Shown one piece after another: positions 35,946 through 48,420 of a DNA stretch of 64,000 nucleotides. Below the pieces are notes generated by a model that saw nothing but the letters and a program-made list of their open reading frames with translations, was not told the origin of the DNA and made no database searches. The stretch is from positions 1 through 64,000 of the forward strand of contig NIVC01001394.1 of assembly GCA_002269645.1 (NCBI GenBank). The letters run 5' to 3'. The translations under genes and the position numbers were made by a program. The stretch is from Macrostomum lignano (taxonomy: Eukaryota). Position 1 is the first letter of the stretch. Each line of letters opens with the position of its first letter.

Positions 35946-36030
35946 GAGAGCTAGCCTAGAGCTGAGCAGACCAGACTGCTAATGCAGCGACCTGGGTTCG
36001 AATCTAAGTAGTTTAAAAGTAGTAGTGTAA
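35946..36030 (+). mobile_element. tRNA-derived (SINE-like) Pol III head
   Basis: A-box-like TAGCCTAGAG, B-box GGTTCGAATC, degenerate cloverleaf; related copy at 39366. Confidence 0.55.
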
Positions 36031-36074
36031 AATTTTTTATTAAAAGCTTTTATTAAAGGACTAAATAAAAACAC

Positions 36075-39070
36075 TTAGATTACTGCACTCGATAAGCTAA
36101 GGATTATTGCTCTTGGCAAACCAAGGAATACTGCACTCGATAAGCCAAGGATTATTGCTCTTGGCAAACCAAGGATTACTGCACTCGATAAGCCATGGAT
36201 TATTGCTATTAATAAACCAAGGATTACTGCACTCGATAAGCCAAGGATTATTGCTATTAATAAACCAAGGATTACTGCACTCGATAAGCCAAGGATTATT
36301 GCTATTAATAAACCAAGGATTACTGCACTCATAAGCCATGGATTATTGCTATTAATAAACCAAGGATTACTGCACTCGATAAGCCAAGGATTATTGCTAT
36401 TAATAAACCAAGGATTACTGCACTCGATAAACCAAGGATTATTGCTATTAATAAACCAAGGATTACTGCACTCGATAAGCCAAGGACTATTGCTATTAAT
36501 AAACCAAGGATTACTGCACTCAATAAACCAAGGACTATTGCTCTTGGCAAACCAAGGATTACTGCACTCGATAAGCCAAGGACTATTGCTCTTGGCAAAC
36601 CAAGGATTACTGCACTCGATAAGCCATGGATTATTGCTATTAATAAACCAAGGATTACTGCACTCGATAAGCCAAGGATTATTGCTATTAATAAACTAAG
36701 GATTACTGCACTCGATAAACCAAGGATTATTGCTATTAATAAACCAAGGATTATGCACTTGGCAAACCAAGGATTACTGCAATCGATAAGCCAAGGATTA
36801 TTGCTATTAATAAACCAAGCATTACTGCACTCAATAAACCAAGGACTATTGCTATTAATAAACCAAGGATTACTGCACTCAAAAAACCAAGGACTATTGC
36901 TCTTGGCAAACCAAGGATTACTGCACTCGATAAGCCAAGGATTATTGCTATTAATAAACCAAGGATTACTGCACTCGATAAGCCAAGGATTATTGCTATT
37001 AATAAACCAAGGATTAATGCACTCGATAAACCAAGGATTATTGCTATTAATAAACCAAGGATTACTGCACTCGATAAGCCAAGGATTATTGCTATTAATA
37101 AACCAAGGATTATGCACTTGGCAAACGAAGGATTACTGCACTCGATAAGCCAAGGATTATTGCTATTAATAAACCAAGGATTACTGCACTCAATAAACCA
37201 AGGACTATTGCTATTAATAAACCAAGGATTACTGCACTCAATAAACCAAGGACTATTGCTCTTGGCAAACCAAGGATTACTGCACTCGATAAGCCAAGGA
37301 CTATTGCTCTTGGCAAACCAAGGATTACTGCACTCGATAAGCCATGGATTATTGCTATTAATAAACCAAGGATTACTGCACTCGATAAGCCAAGGATTAT
37401 TGCTATTAATAAACCATGAATTACTGCACTCGATAAGCCAAGGATTATTGCTATTAATAAACCAAGGATTACTGCACTCATAAGCCATGGATTATTGCTA
37501 TTAATAAACCAAGGATTACTGCACTCGATAAGCCAAGGATTATTGCTATTAATAAACCAAGGATTACTGCACTCGATAAACCAAGGATTATTGCTATTAA
37601 TAAACCAAGGATTACTGCACTCAATAAACCAAGGACTATTGCTCTTGGCAAACCAAGGATTACTGCACTCGATAAGCCAAGGACTATTGCTCTTGGCAAA
37701 CCAAGGATTACTGCACTCGATAAGCCATGGATTATTGCTATTAATAAACCAAGGATTACTGCACTCGATAAGCCAAGGATTATTGCTATTAATAAACTAA
37801 GGATTACTGCACTCGATAAACCAAGGATTATTGCTATTAATAAACCAAGGATTATGCACTTGGCAAACCAAGGATTACTGCAATCGATAAGCCAAGGATT
37901 ATTGCTATTAATAAACCAAGCATTACTGCACTCAATAAACCAAGGACTATTGCTATTAATAAACCAAGGATTACTGCACTCAAAAAACCAAGGACTATTG
38001 CTCTTGGCAAACCAAGGATTACTGCACTCGATAAGCCAAGGATTATTGCTATTAATAAACCAAGGATTACTGCACTCAATAAGCCATGGATTATTGCTAT
38101 TAATAAACCAAGGATTAATGCACTCGATAAACCAAGGATTATTGCTATTAATAAACCAAGGATTACTGCACTCGATAAGCCAAGGATTATTGCTATTAAT
38201 AAACCAAGGATTATGCACTTGGCAAACCAAGGATTACTGCACTCGATAAGCCAAGGATTATTGCTATTAATAAACCAAGGATTACTGCACTCAATAAACC
38301 AAGGACTATTGCTATTAATAAACCAAGGATTACTGCACTCAATAAACCAAGGACTATTGCTCTTGGCAAACCAAGGATTACTGCACTCGATAAGCCAAGG
38401 ACTATTGCTCTTGGCAAACCAAGGATTACTGCACTCGATAAGCCATGGATTATTGCTATTAATAAACCAAGGATTACTGCACTCGATAAGCCAAGGATTA
38501 TTGCTATTAATAAACCAAGGATTACTGCACTCGATAAACCAAGGATTATGCACTTGGCAAACCAAGGATTACTGCACTCGATAAGCCAAGGATTATTGCT
38601 ATTAATAAACCAAGGATTACTGCACTCAATAAACCAAGGACTATTGCTATTAATAAACCAAGGATTACTGCACTCAATAAACCAAGGACTATTGCTCTTG
38701 GCAAACCAAGGATTACTGCACTCGATAAGCCAAGGACTATTGCTCTTGGCAAACCAAGGATTACTGCACTCGATAAGCCATGGATTATTGCTATTAATAA
38801 ACCAAGGATTACTGCACTCGATAAGCCAAGGATTATTGCTATTAATAAACCAAGGATTACTGCACTCGATAAGGCATGGATTATTGCTATTAATAAACCA
38901 AGGATTACTGCACTCGATAAGCCAAGGATTATTGCTATTAATAAACCATGAATTACTGCACTCGATAAGCCAAGGATTATTGCTATTAATAAACCAAGGA
39001 TTACTGCACTCGATAAGCCATGGATTATTGCTATTAATAAACCAAGGATTACTGCACTCGATAGCCAAGG
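36075..39070. repeat. 48-bp (2x24) satellite with ~1.1-kb higher-order repeat
   Basis: GGATTATTGCTATTAATAAACCAA alternates with GGATTACTGCACTCGATAAGCCAA. Diagnostic variants recur 1101 bp apart (36753 vs 37854; 37112 vs 38213). Confidence 0.95.
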
Positions 39071-39365
39071 ATTACTGGGCTTGATAAGCTTGGCTACATG
39101 TATAGGATTATTTCTATCCAGGGATGCTTGCTATTTAGGGATTCTTGCTATGTGCAGGATGCTTGCTATCTGGAAGGATGCTTCTACATTATTTGGGGTA
39201 TGCTTGCTATCTGCAAGATGCTTGCTATCTGCAAGATGCTTGCTATCTGCAGATGCTTGCTATCTGGGTGGATGCTTGCTAGGAGTATTAGGGGATGCTT
39301 GCTACTGGGGGGATGCTTGCTGTCTTGGGAATATTTTCTATTTAGGGGTAATGACTAAAATTCAT

Positions 39366-39450
39366 GAGAGCTAGCCTAGAGGTAAACAGACTAAACTGCT
39401 AAATGCAGGGACGATGGTTCGAATTTTTAGAGAGTAGAGTTTTTTTAATT
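39366..39450 (+). mobile_element. Second tRNA-derived (SINE-like) Pol III head
   Basis: GAGAGCTAGCCTAGAGGTAAACAGACTAAACTGCTAAATGCAGGGACGATGGTTCGAAT, alignable to the 35946 copy. Confidence 0.55.
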
Positions 39451-39484
39451 AAAGCCTTTTAACGCCAAGACAAAAAAAATTATG

Positions 39485-40500
39485 GAAGCGTCATGTAAAC
39501 AATCATACAAGCGTCATGTAAACAATCATAGAAGCGTCATGTAAACAATCATAGAAGCGTCATGTAAACAATCATAGAAGCGTCATGTAAAAATCATAGA
39601 AGCGTAATGTAAACAATCATAGAAGCGTCATGTTAAAATCATAAAAGCGTCATGTAAACAATCATACAAGCGTCATGTAAACAATCATAGAAGCGTCATG
39701 TAAAAAAATCATAGAAGCGTCATGTTAAAATCATAAAAGCGTCATAAAAAATCATAGAAGCGTCATGCAAGCAATCATAGAAGCGTAATGTAAACAATCA
39801 TAGAAGCGTCATGTTAAAATCATACAAGCGTCATGTAAACAATCATACAAGCGTCATGTAAACAATCATAGAAGCGTCATGTAAAAAAATCATAGAAGCG
39901 TCATGTTAAAATCATAGAAGCGTCATGTAAACAATCATAGAAGCGTCATGTAAACAATCATAGAAGCGTCATGTAAAAATCATAGAAGCGTCATGTAAAA
40001 ATCATAGAAGCGTCATGTAAACAATCATAAAAGCGTCATGTAAACAATCATAGAAGCGTCATGTATACAATCATAGAAGCGTCATGTAAACAATCATAGA
40101 AGCGTCATGTAAAAAATCATAGAAGCGTCATGTAAAAATCATAGAAGCGTCATGTAAAAATCATAGAAGCGTCATGTAAAAATCATAGAAGCGTCATGTA
40201 AAAATCATAGAAGCGTCATGTAAAAAATCATAGAAGCGTCATGTAAAAATCATAAAAGCGTCATGTAAAAAATCATAGAAGCGTCATGTAAACAATCATA
40301 CAAGCGTCATGTAAACAATCATAGAAGCGTCATGTAAAAATCATACAAGCGTCATGTAAACAAGCATAGAAGCGTCATGAAAAAATTATAGAAGCCTCAT
40401 ATAAAAACTAATGAAAGTGTGTCATTTAAAAAATTAAGAAGCATCATGGAAGAATAAAAGAAGCGTAACGTAAAAATCAAAAGAAGCGTCATGTCAGACA
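39485..40500. repeat. 22-23-bp AT-rich satellite
   Basis: Unit GAAGCGTCATGTAAACAATCATA, about 40 copies, degenerating at the right end. Confidence 0.95.
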
Positions 40501-41348
40501 TGAAAGAAATGTCATATATAAAAATTAAATGAAGCTATAGTACAGTGCTGTGCTGGGGAGAATTACTGAAACGTCAAGGCTCACAGAGAATAACTGAGAT
40601 TACAGGGGGGTTTCTGAGATGTTAAAGCAAAAGTCAGAAGCTACTTCAAAGTACATGTACTTTACTTAAGTTTTTTATTGCATTCTTTGTTGGCTTGCCA
40701 CGGTGGGGGGGGGCGCTGATAGAAGAAGAGTCATGTAAAAATAAAAGGAGCACTATGTATACATAAAATAAAAGTCATGTCAAAGTTAAAAGATTCATTT
40801 GGGAATTGCTACGATGTCAAAGCTTGGAGGGAATCGTTATAGTGCTGTGATTCTTAAAGAAGGAATCACTTAAATGCCAAGGCTTAGGGAAGAAGAATTG
40901 CTGTGATTTCAAGGCTTTAGGTTGGGTGAAAGTTAGGTTTACGTCAGGTTTGGGTTGAGGGTTAGATTTTAGCGCGTTTCAAGGTTAACAGGGGATTTTT
41001 TAGATTTCAAGGTTTATGGGGGGCATCGCTGACATGTCAAGGCTTACGAGGGAGCCTATCTATCTATCTATAGCTGAGATGTCAAGGCTCACGGGGGAAT
41101 AAATGAGATGTCAAGGCTAATGTCAGAAGCTACATGTAGTTTATTGGAAAAAAGTTATTACATTATTTGTTGGCTCCTCACGGGAGGGATCGCTGATAGA
41201 AAAAGCGTAATGTAAAAAAAAAGAAGCTTCATGTCAAAGTTAAGAGATTCATTTGGGAATCCCTACGATGTCGAGGCTTGCAGGGAATCGCTATAATGCT
41301 GTAGTAGTGCTATAGACTCTTAGAGAGAATTACTGAAATTTCAATGCT

Positions 41349-41382
41349 TTAGGGTTAGGGTTAGGGTTAGGGTTAGGGTTAG
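41349..41382 (+). repeat. Interstitial (TTAGGG)5 tract
   Basis: TTAGGGTTAGGGTTAGGGTTAGGGTTAGGGTTAG. Confidence 0.9.
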
Positions 41383-42812
41383 AAAATAGACAGATTTTTT
41401 AAGATTTCAAGGCTTGTGGGAGCATTGCTGAGATGTCAAGGGGGGAGTTGATATGTTAAGGCTTGTGGGGGGGATTGCTGACATGTCAAGGCTTACAAGG
41501 GTACTGGTAGCGTACTGAAGCATACTGGTAGAAGTAGCTCTGAAAGAAGGCAAGTATGGTTGAATTTCAATGTCTGTTATAAAATTCTGCACAAACATGT
41601 TTTATTGGTACATAAGCCTGGAATTAAAATGAGAATTCGATTCCTAGCCCCCCTCCCTAAGAATTTTTTTTCATTTAAAAGGATTCGTCCCTTGCTTATT
41701 GGCCACCCCGAAGGCCATTTTTTATCAAAAATGATAAAAATAATTTTTATCAAACACGTTGACATATACAGGGCTCTAAACTAAAAACTGTAAAAAGTTG
41801 ATAGTTTTGTTTTACCTAAAATGCGTTATTAACGATCTCCAAAAATTCCTATTTTAAGTTTAAGCTTAAGAAAAACACTTAAAGTACTCCTGCTAAGAGG
41901 TATATTATATTAGACGAATATTAATTATTTCTGCTCCCCGAAGGGGGGCAAAACTTTAGCTAGTCACATTGTCTAAATTCTTAACCAGCCGTTTCACAAC
42001 GCCGAGGTGCACTGGAAAGACTCTCGGGATACTTCACGAAGCCGAAGCAAAATTTTGGCACTTCCCATTCCTCAATCTTCGCATTTTCTTCGTTTTCATT
42101 TCCAAAAGTTGCTAAGCAAATTGCATGTAAAACTTTTTGAAGCACCATGAAGTAAAAATTAGTTAGCTTTAACATTGAATAAAGAAATGAATTATTAGCT
42201 CAACAATGATTACCTAGTTCAGCGCATAAAATAATTATTCCTCTTGCAACTCTGAAGTCTAGCTCACTGATTATGTTAGGTTCCATACATGTACAACCAT
42301 ATTTCAGCCATTCAGGTTTGTGAAGTCTCGTATCTCTCCAGAGCAATTCGACGCGAAACAACCCCACGCAAGCTGATGCAAGCAAATATAAAAAAAACAG
42401 CTTTTACTTTAATAAACTATCGCGTAAATGACAGTTGCTGCGTCATTTGATTTCACCTCATGGAGAATTTCCAAAAACAGAAACAAATAGTCATCAATTG
42501 CATTTTACGCCTTATAAAGTTATCTACTCAACATATCGGGCCAACTAGAATTTTGTCTTGCAGTGAAGAATTTAATTTAAAATTATTGGGCAAATGAATT
42601 AATTTTATCTTACTATTACCAAAATTTCGGAAAATTGTATTCCTAGCCATTTATTTACATATATGTGGTAGGTACAACTGTAGTATAAAAGTACTCAGTA
42701 CAATGCTCTCTTAAAAAATTTCTTGACCTCCCGTCATAAAAAATTGATTGAATTGTTCGTTAGACGGTAACTATAGTGAACGTAAAATTGTAATGGATGT
42801 GAAAAATGATGT

Positions 42813-42818
42813 AAAAAA
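42813..42818 (-). terminator. Pol III oligo-dT terminator for tRNA-Gln
   Basis: T6 on the minus strand about 25 nt downstream of the tRNA 3' end. Confidence 0.6.
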
Positions 42819-42843
42819 CCCGTCATGGGCCGCTTATTTAGCT

Positions 42844-42916
42844 AGGTCCCACCGAGATTCGAACTCGGGTCGCTGGATTCAAAGTCCAGTGTGTTAAACC
42901 ACTACACCATGGGACC
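42844..42916 (-). tRNA. trnQ-TTG: tRNA-Gln (anticodon TTG)
   Basis: Reverse complement GGTCCCATGGTGTAGTGGTTTAACACACTGGACTTTGAATCCAGCGACCCGAGTTCGAATCTCGGTGGGACCT. Acceptor stem, D, anticodon (CTGGA-CTTTGAA-TCCAG) and T arms are intact. Confidence 0.96.
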
Positions 42917-43703
42917 CCGATCAAATGGCAGAGAAGCTGTGTATTATAACCCTATTCATACCGTTTTCGGCAATCGAAGCCAATGCGCATCATTTAATTA
43001 TTTCTAGTTGCAACTTGCAAGAACAAGAAGCCTTAGTAACTACCACAATTAAATTTCGACGTAATGTGCATAATGAATTATTTAACTCTGTATCAGCTAT
43101 AACATTATATTAGACTTAGACTTAGAGTTAAGACGGCAGTTAGCGTTAACCGTTAGATTTAATTTTTAATTAATACATATTTTGATTATTAGCAGTAGTA
43201 ACAAAAACAATAAGCTAATTCATTACAATATATTTTGCGTGAATAGCTCAAATTTAGATAGAAAAAAAATGAAAGCAATATATTATATGAAAAACTACAC
43301 TAACTGACTAACATCAGACAATCGATTTAAAATAATTAAGAGGTTCCATGATTTCATGACAAAACGAACAGCTAAAGCAGACTTAAAGAATAAGCTTGCT
43401 TATGAAATTAAATAAATTTAAGTAGAAGTATTTACCGATTAGACGATCTTTTTATATCTTTCCAATCAAATTTCGGAATAAAACACTTTATACTTGCTGA
43501 AAGTAGCGTCAAAGCGAATTACTGACAAAATACGACCAAATTAAAAAAGCAAATTTGCACCAAGAAAAAAACATTTTTTACAAACAAAGTTGGTAAAATG
43601 CGCATAATTTTAAATTTTCTCCATCTATTATACACTGAAGTAATACAGAGTAAATTTGTTAATACAGTGAGAATACAGTGGGAAACTTTTTGTTAATTAT
43701 CTT

Positions 43704-44042
43704 TCATTCTTTCTTACTGCGAGATTTTTTAATATTTGCATCTCGGCGCTGTTTCCGCTTCTGGTCTTTGTTTCGCTGTTCAATCTCCTTAGCCAACTTG
43801 TAGGCGCATATTGCACTGAGAATCAGCAATGGAGACATCACTATTAGCACATAGTAAACAAATGTAGTAGGATTATTTGCTGCATACACAAGCAGCATGG
43901 CCAGGTGCTTCTTGATCCAGCCACCCCAAGTGCCATCATCAATAGCATCAATCATCTGGTCAACACCTGGCTGAGAGACCTTGTCTGATGCGAAATTGTC
44001 TCCATCTGCTGCTGAATTTGATGGGTCAGCACTACTAGCCAT
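43704..44042 (-). CDS. SMIM15: Small integral membrane protein 15 homolog (UPF0542-like), 112 aa with an N-terminal extension
   Basis: YAANNPTTFVYYVLIVMSPLLILSAICAYKLAKEIEQRNKDQKRKQRRDANIKKSR matches the SMIM15 pattern (WAAKDPYGF...[37 protein letters not shown]) recalled from known homologs. Confidence 0.85.
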   Translation of the reverse strand: MASSADPSNSAADGDNFASDKVSQPGVDQMIDAIDDGTWGGWIKKHLAMLLVYAANNPTTFVYYVLIVMSPLLILSAICAYKLAKEIEQRNKDQKRKQRRDANIKKSRSKKE

Positions 44043-44265
44043 TTGCTGAAATGATTGGGATCAATATTAATAATATTTAATTTGGAAATTTTGGAAAAAA
44101 ATTCAGCAAGTCTACAATTAACAAAAAATATGCATATTTAACATTATATATACAAGCTAAGGGCTGTCCAAAAATTAGTGTTACTTTTCACTATATCTCT
44201 TGTTCTGCTGATCCAAATAACATCATTTTGCAAAGATTTATAGCAGCAACTATCTTCTTTATAAT

Positions 44266-44470
44266 CCATAGAAATAAAGACTTTCCGTGACAATATTTGC
44301 GTTCTCCGGGATTTTATTTGGTAATATTCAATAATATCCCATAAAGTCTTTATGTCTATGGTTTATACGAGATTACACATGCCTTTTTCGGGAGTTATTT
44401 TCATAAATCCCTCGGGCCTCAGGCCCTCATGATTTATACAAATAACTCCCTCAAAAGGCATGTTTAATCT
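44266..44470. mobile_element. Double-hairpin non-autonomous element, Crypton-type architecture
   Basis: IR unit CCATAGAAATAAAGACTTT...AAAGTCTTTATGTCTATGG (44266-44361), then a ~100-bp palindrome AGATTACACATGCCTTTT...GGGCCTCAGGCCC...AAAAGGCATGTTTAATCT (44370-44470). Confidence 0.55.
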
Positions 44471-45014
44471 GATACATGTTAACTTTAACTTTATAAAAAG
44501 TTATAAACTTAAATGTAGCAGGACCTTGACCATAGACTTACAGTAGTTCAACAAGTTAGTGGAAAGTAGCAAAAGTACTTTTGATAGAATGCACTCAGAC
44601 TTCTTTGTTAGGCTACTGTGACAAAAAGATATCTATGGAAAATTAGAGAAGCATATTTTGTTGAAGCAACAGAATATTTTAAACTGGGCTTCAACTATAG
44701 TACTGTTTGTTCCCTCTTTTTGCTATGCAAAAATTCCTAGATGTGCATTCAAGTGTTGCTCAAAGGAGTATGATATATACCCTTTAGGGGACGTGGGGAC
44801 AGTTGAGTCAAGATTCATGCTCAACTTTCATAGGCTCATGGGTCTTTTGCAGTCATTTACTGTGGCCAGTTGCTTACTTACTGTAAGTCTATTGTTGAGG
44901 TCCTACTACATTTTAGTTTATAACTTTTGTTTCCATTGTCTGTTTTTAATGATGTTAAAGTTAACATAAAGAAGAGAGTTGCCACCATAAATCTGTGCAA
45001 AATGATGTTATTTG

Positions 45015-45865
45015 TGAGGTAGGGCGCATAGTAATTACTCGTTTCTGTCTATTTCTTAGAAGAGCCGATTTCAAATTCGCGCTAAAACTTTGTTTTAATT
45101 TGGTGAGTTGCAAAAATATTTTCGCGATTAATATTTGTTATAAACTGTAATGATTTCTACTATAAATAGAAGCTCTGAGTGGGCCAGGAGGACTAACTCG
45201 GACAACTTGCCCAGCTCATTCAACTTGTTCGTTCGTGTGCTTAACAAAAAGCTAAAACTGACGAGAAGAATCGAAAATTGACTTGTTCATTTCTTAGAGT
45301 ATAAGAACCCCAATTGGGAGAGTCAGAAATCTGCTAAAAGCGAGAAACGCCTCAGGGCGGAAGAATCGCTTCAGAGCAGGAATATTCGCCTCAGGGCAGA
45401 AGAATTGCTTCAGAGCAGGAATAAACACCTCAGGGCAGGGATTTCGCTTTAGAGCTGTGACCCTCTGATCCCGGGAACGCCAGGACTGAGAGAATAATAT
45501 TTTTAGGGAAGTATAGGAATAGAATAGACAGTGCCGATAGACCGCTCAGGCCAGAAGGTACAATAACAGTACATACGCTACCAATAACAGTACATACGCT
45601 ACCAATAGAAGTACAGACGCTACCAATAGAAGTACATGCGCTACGAGTAAAGGGCAAGTAATAACCAGCAATATTAACAAGAAGGAATAAATAAGAGCCC
45701 TGGGACAGCTTTTGGTGGCATTGTGAGATTATTAATAGAGGCAGAAGTAACCCCTAGGACAACTTTGGTGACTTAGCGATAGGATTTTGTATCGTACGGG
45801 AACACCCCTACGTCAACTTTGGTGTCAGCGGTTGAAATTGTATAGAGAGACGGAGCCCTACGTCA
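45015..45865. mobile_element. Solo LTR (851 bp), probably Gypsy-type
   Basis: TGAGGTAGGGC...GCCCTACGTCA termini and a 4-bp TSD TTTG. Removing it restores the host TIR (AATGATGTTATTTGGATCAGCAGAACAAGAG), which is the reverse complement of the left TIR. Confidence 0.8.
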
Positions 45866-48234
45866 TTTGGATCAGCAGAACAAGAGATTTAGTGAAAAGT
45901 AATACTACTATTTGGACAGCCCTCATATATATTATATTCTAATAAATTAGTGATTAACCTAAAACCAACCTGTCCTTCAATGTCCCAATGACAATTATTT
46001 ATTATAATCAAATGTCTAACTTATAGCTATATTCTTCAAGTACATTAGGTAGGCTGCTAGTATATAATTATATTTGATCAAAATGTTCAAATTCTTATAA
46101 CATTATGCCAAGCATGCCAACCCTATTAGCTTTCATCTATGTAGCTGATATTATACCAACCTATATATCAAACAAAGATGAATAGCTAGAATACTAAATT
46201 CAGGAATCTTAGCATAAAGATAATATTTTAAATCAGGGATTGCCAAACTTTTTATTTAAGTTCCAAATAGAAAAACTAGGGGCCTAGAGTATGACAATGG
46301 TCTAGAAAAGGGAAGAGAGAAGAAGGAATAGAGACAAAGAAGAGAGATAGCAGAAAAGAGGCAACAAAAATAAGGAGAGAAGAGAAGATAGAAGAAAGAG
46401 AGAAGAAAAAAGAAAAGAAAAAAGAAAAGAAGAAAGTAAAGGAGAGGAAAAGAGATTAGAAAGAAGGGAGCTGAAAAGAGACATAAGCCTTGACTTAGCT
46501 ATATTGCTAGGGCCTATTGTGAAATTTCAAAGGACTCTAAGACCATATAGGCTTTAAGGCTTTGTAGACTATGGACAATTACTTATAGGTGCACTTTTCA
46601 ATTAATTTTTCAAGTTTATTTTACTTTAGAAAAATAAAATATATAAAATTCTAGATTATTTAAAGATAAAAAACTAAGGATAGTTGCAATCTTTATCAAA
46701 TTGAGGATCTAGGATTGACTAGGAAGGTAGTTGGAAGTCTTTTAAAAGCTTACTGGAAAAATAAGTAGAGCTTAATACTTGTTTTATTTACATAAGTCAA
46801 TTGTTTGCCTTATTCTAATAGTTCTCAAACTAAATATTTAATTAGAAACAGTTTCTAATTTTAAAACAGATAGGCCTTATATACTATTAACTAACATTTA
46901 CATTTACAAACCTCAAACTTGATTGACCTGGCAATATCTTTGGACTTGTTTCACTTTTTTTCACTTCAAGACAGAAATTTGAATGGCAACCACAAGCAAA
47001 TAATACATTATATATCATATATCATATAATACATGCCCAATACCTGACCATAATGGCCGCCAGCTAAGGTAAGTCTCAAAATTGAAAAACACGAAAAATG
47101 AAAAATTGGGGGAAAAAGGAGAGAAAGAGAAAAGGAAAAGAAAGGAAGGAGAAGAAAGAGAGGGGAAAGAGGAAAGAGAAAGAAGAGTAAAAGGCAAAAA
47201 AGTCATATTACAAAGTGAAAATTAAGTTGCAATTGAGAGGAACTAAGTCACAATTGGGAAAAACAAAGTTGCAAAGTTGCACTGGATAGGTGAAATTTTG
47301 AGGTTGGGCATGATATCATATATTGCCATTTTTAAAATCTTATATGACATATATACATAGCTTGCTACTTGGCTTAGTAATCTGTATCCCCATTCAAAAT
47401 TTTATAGATTTGCAACTGCCAAAACTCTAGCCATTGAAATAAAAATGAGAAAGATTTTTTACATTAAATATTTTGTGTTTAGGGAATCTTTTTAAGCTGC
47501 ATATTGTTATGTCTCAATGTCTCATATTTGTTATAATATGATTTCTAATGCATTTTTATGCAATTTTCCATTTTTAGATCTAGATTGATGGGCAAAGATG
47601 AGAATTTTTACTTTCTTTTAGTTTTTAGTAAAGTTGGGAAAAATTGAATAGCCCATTTGACATCTTGTTATAGGGTTATACTGAATTTGTCAATATCTAA
47701 TTTGTCAACAGACCTAAAATTTAAGAAATTGAAGGAAATCAAATTTGTCAACAGTTAGAAAGCTGAGCGAATTCGTCAACAACAAGACAGACTTACTAAA
47801 AGTTTATTGCTTGAAGCAATAACCATAATTTTTTTTATTCAATGAGCAAAATATTGCCAAAGACTTCAATAAGACTTCATGAGTACTCATTCTAAATGCT
47901 ATTGTGCATACACAACACAACTCAAATCTATTGAATTGGGCAATCAATGCTAAGTATATAATATATGTACTACATTCTATTTAGTTGAGTATCCAGATGC
48001 AAGTATATCAAGAACTAGTCTATTGGGTGTTTGTGTGCTGCATATGCTTCATTATAGTTTATTGCACCTTTAGAGTGAAGCAGGTCATTTTAATTCTATT
48101 TTTATTCCAAGTTTGTTATCTCTTTAACTATTCACAAAGTATGACTTTAGATTTTAAAATGTATACAAAGTTCCAGGGATTTATTGCAATTCACTGAATT
48201 TAGCAGATTTAAAATCCACATACATACGAAGAGC

Positions 48235-48420
48235 TTGCGTGTACAGCAGCCATTCATGCAAGCTCAGAATTGCGTGCACAGCAGACATTCACGTAAGCTC
48301 AGAATTGCGTGCACGGCAACCATTCACGTAAGCTCAGAATTGCGTGCACAGCAGCCATTCACGTAAGCTCAGAATTGCGTGCACGGCAGCCATTCATGTA
48401 AGCTCAGAATTGTGTACACG
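48235..48420. repeat. ~35-bp tandem repeat with an inverted counterpart at ~55225-55305
   Basis: Unit AGCTCAGAATTGCGTGCACGGCAGCCATTCACGTA, about 5 copies. Confidence 0.8.

Larger units (their letters stand above)
44161..45922. mobile_element. PIF/Harbinger-like non-autonomous TIR element hosting nested insertions
   Basis: Termini GGGCTGTCCAAA / TTTGGACAGCCC with flanks TAA and TCA. TIR of about 100 bp; the right TIR is split by the solo LTR. Confidence 0.7.

Noticed and set aside
35946-36030. Functional tRNA gene
   Set aside because: A and B boxes are present, but acceptor and anticodon stems do not pair convincingly; treated as SINE-like.
36329-39084. 120-285-aa ORFs (SNNPWLIEC / LLLINQG repeats)
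   Set aside because: Satellite translations with in-frame 24/48-bp periodicity.
36075-40500. CRISPR-like arrays
   Set aside because: Units are contiguous with no unique spacers, there are no cas genes, and the context is eukaryotic. The same applies to 1-735 and 61830-63240.
41981-42385. Two adjacent 61-64-aa minus-strand ORFs
   Set aside because: AT-rich, no recognisable motif and no convincing splice structure linking them.
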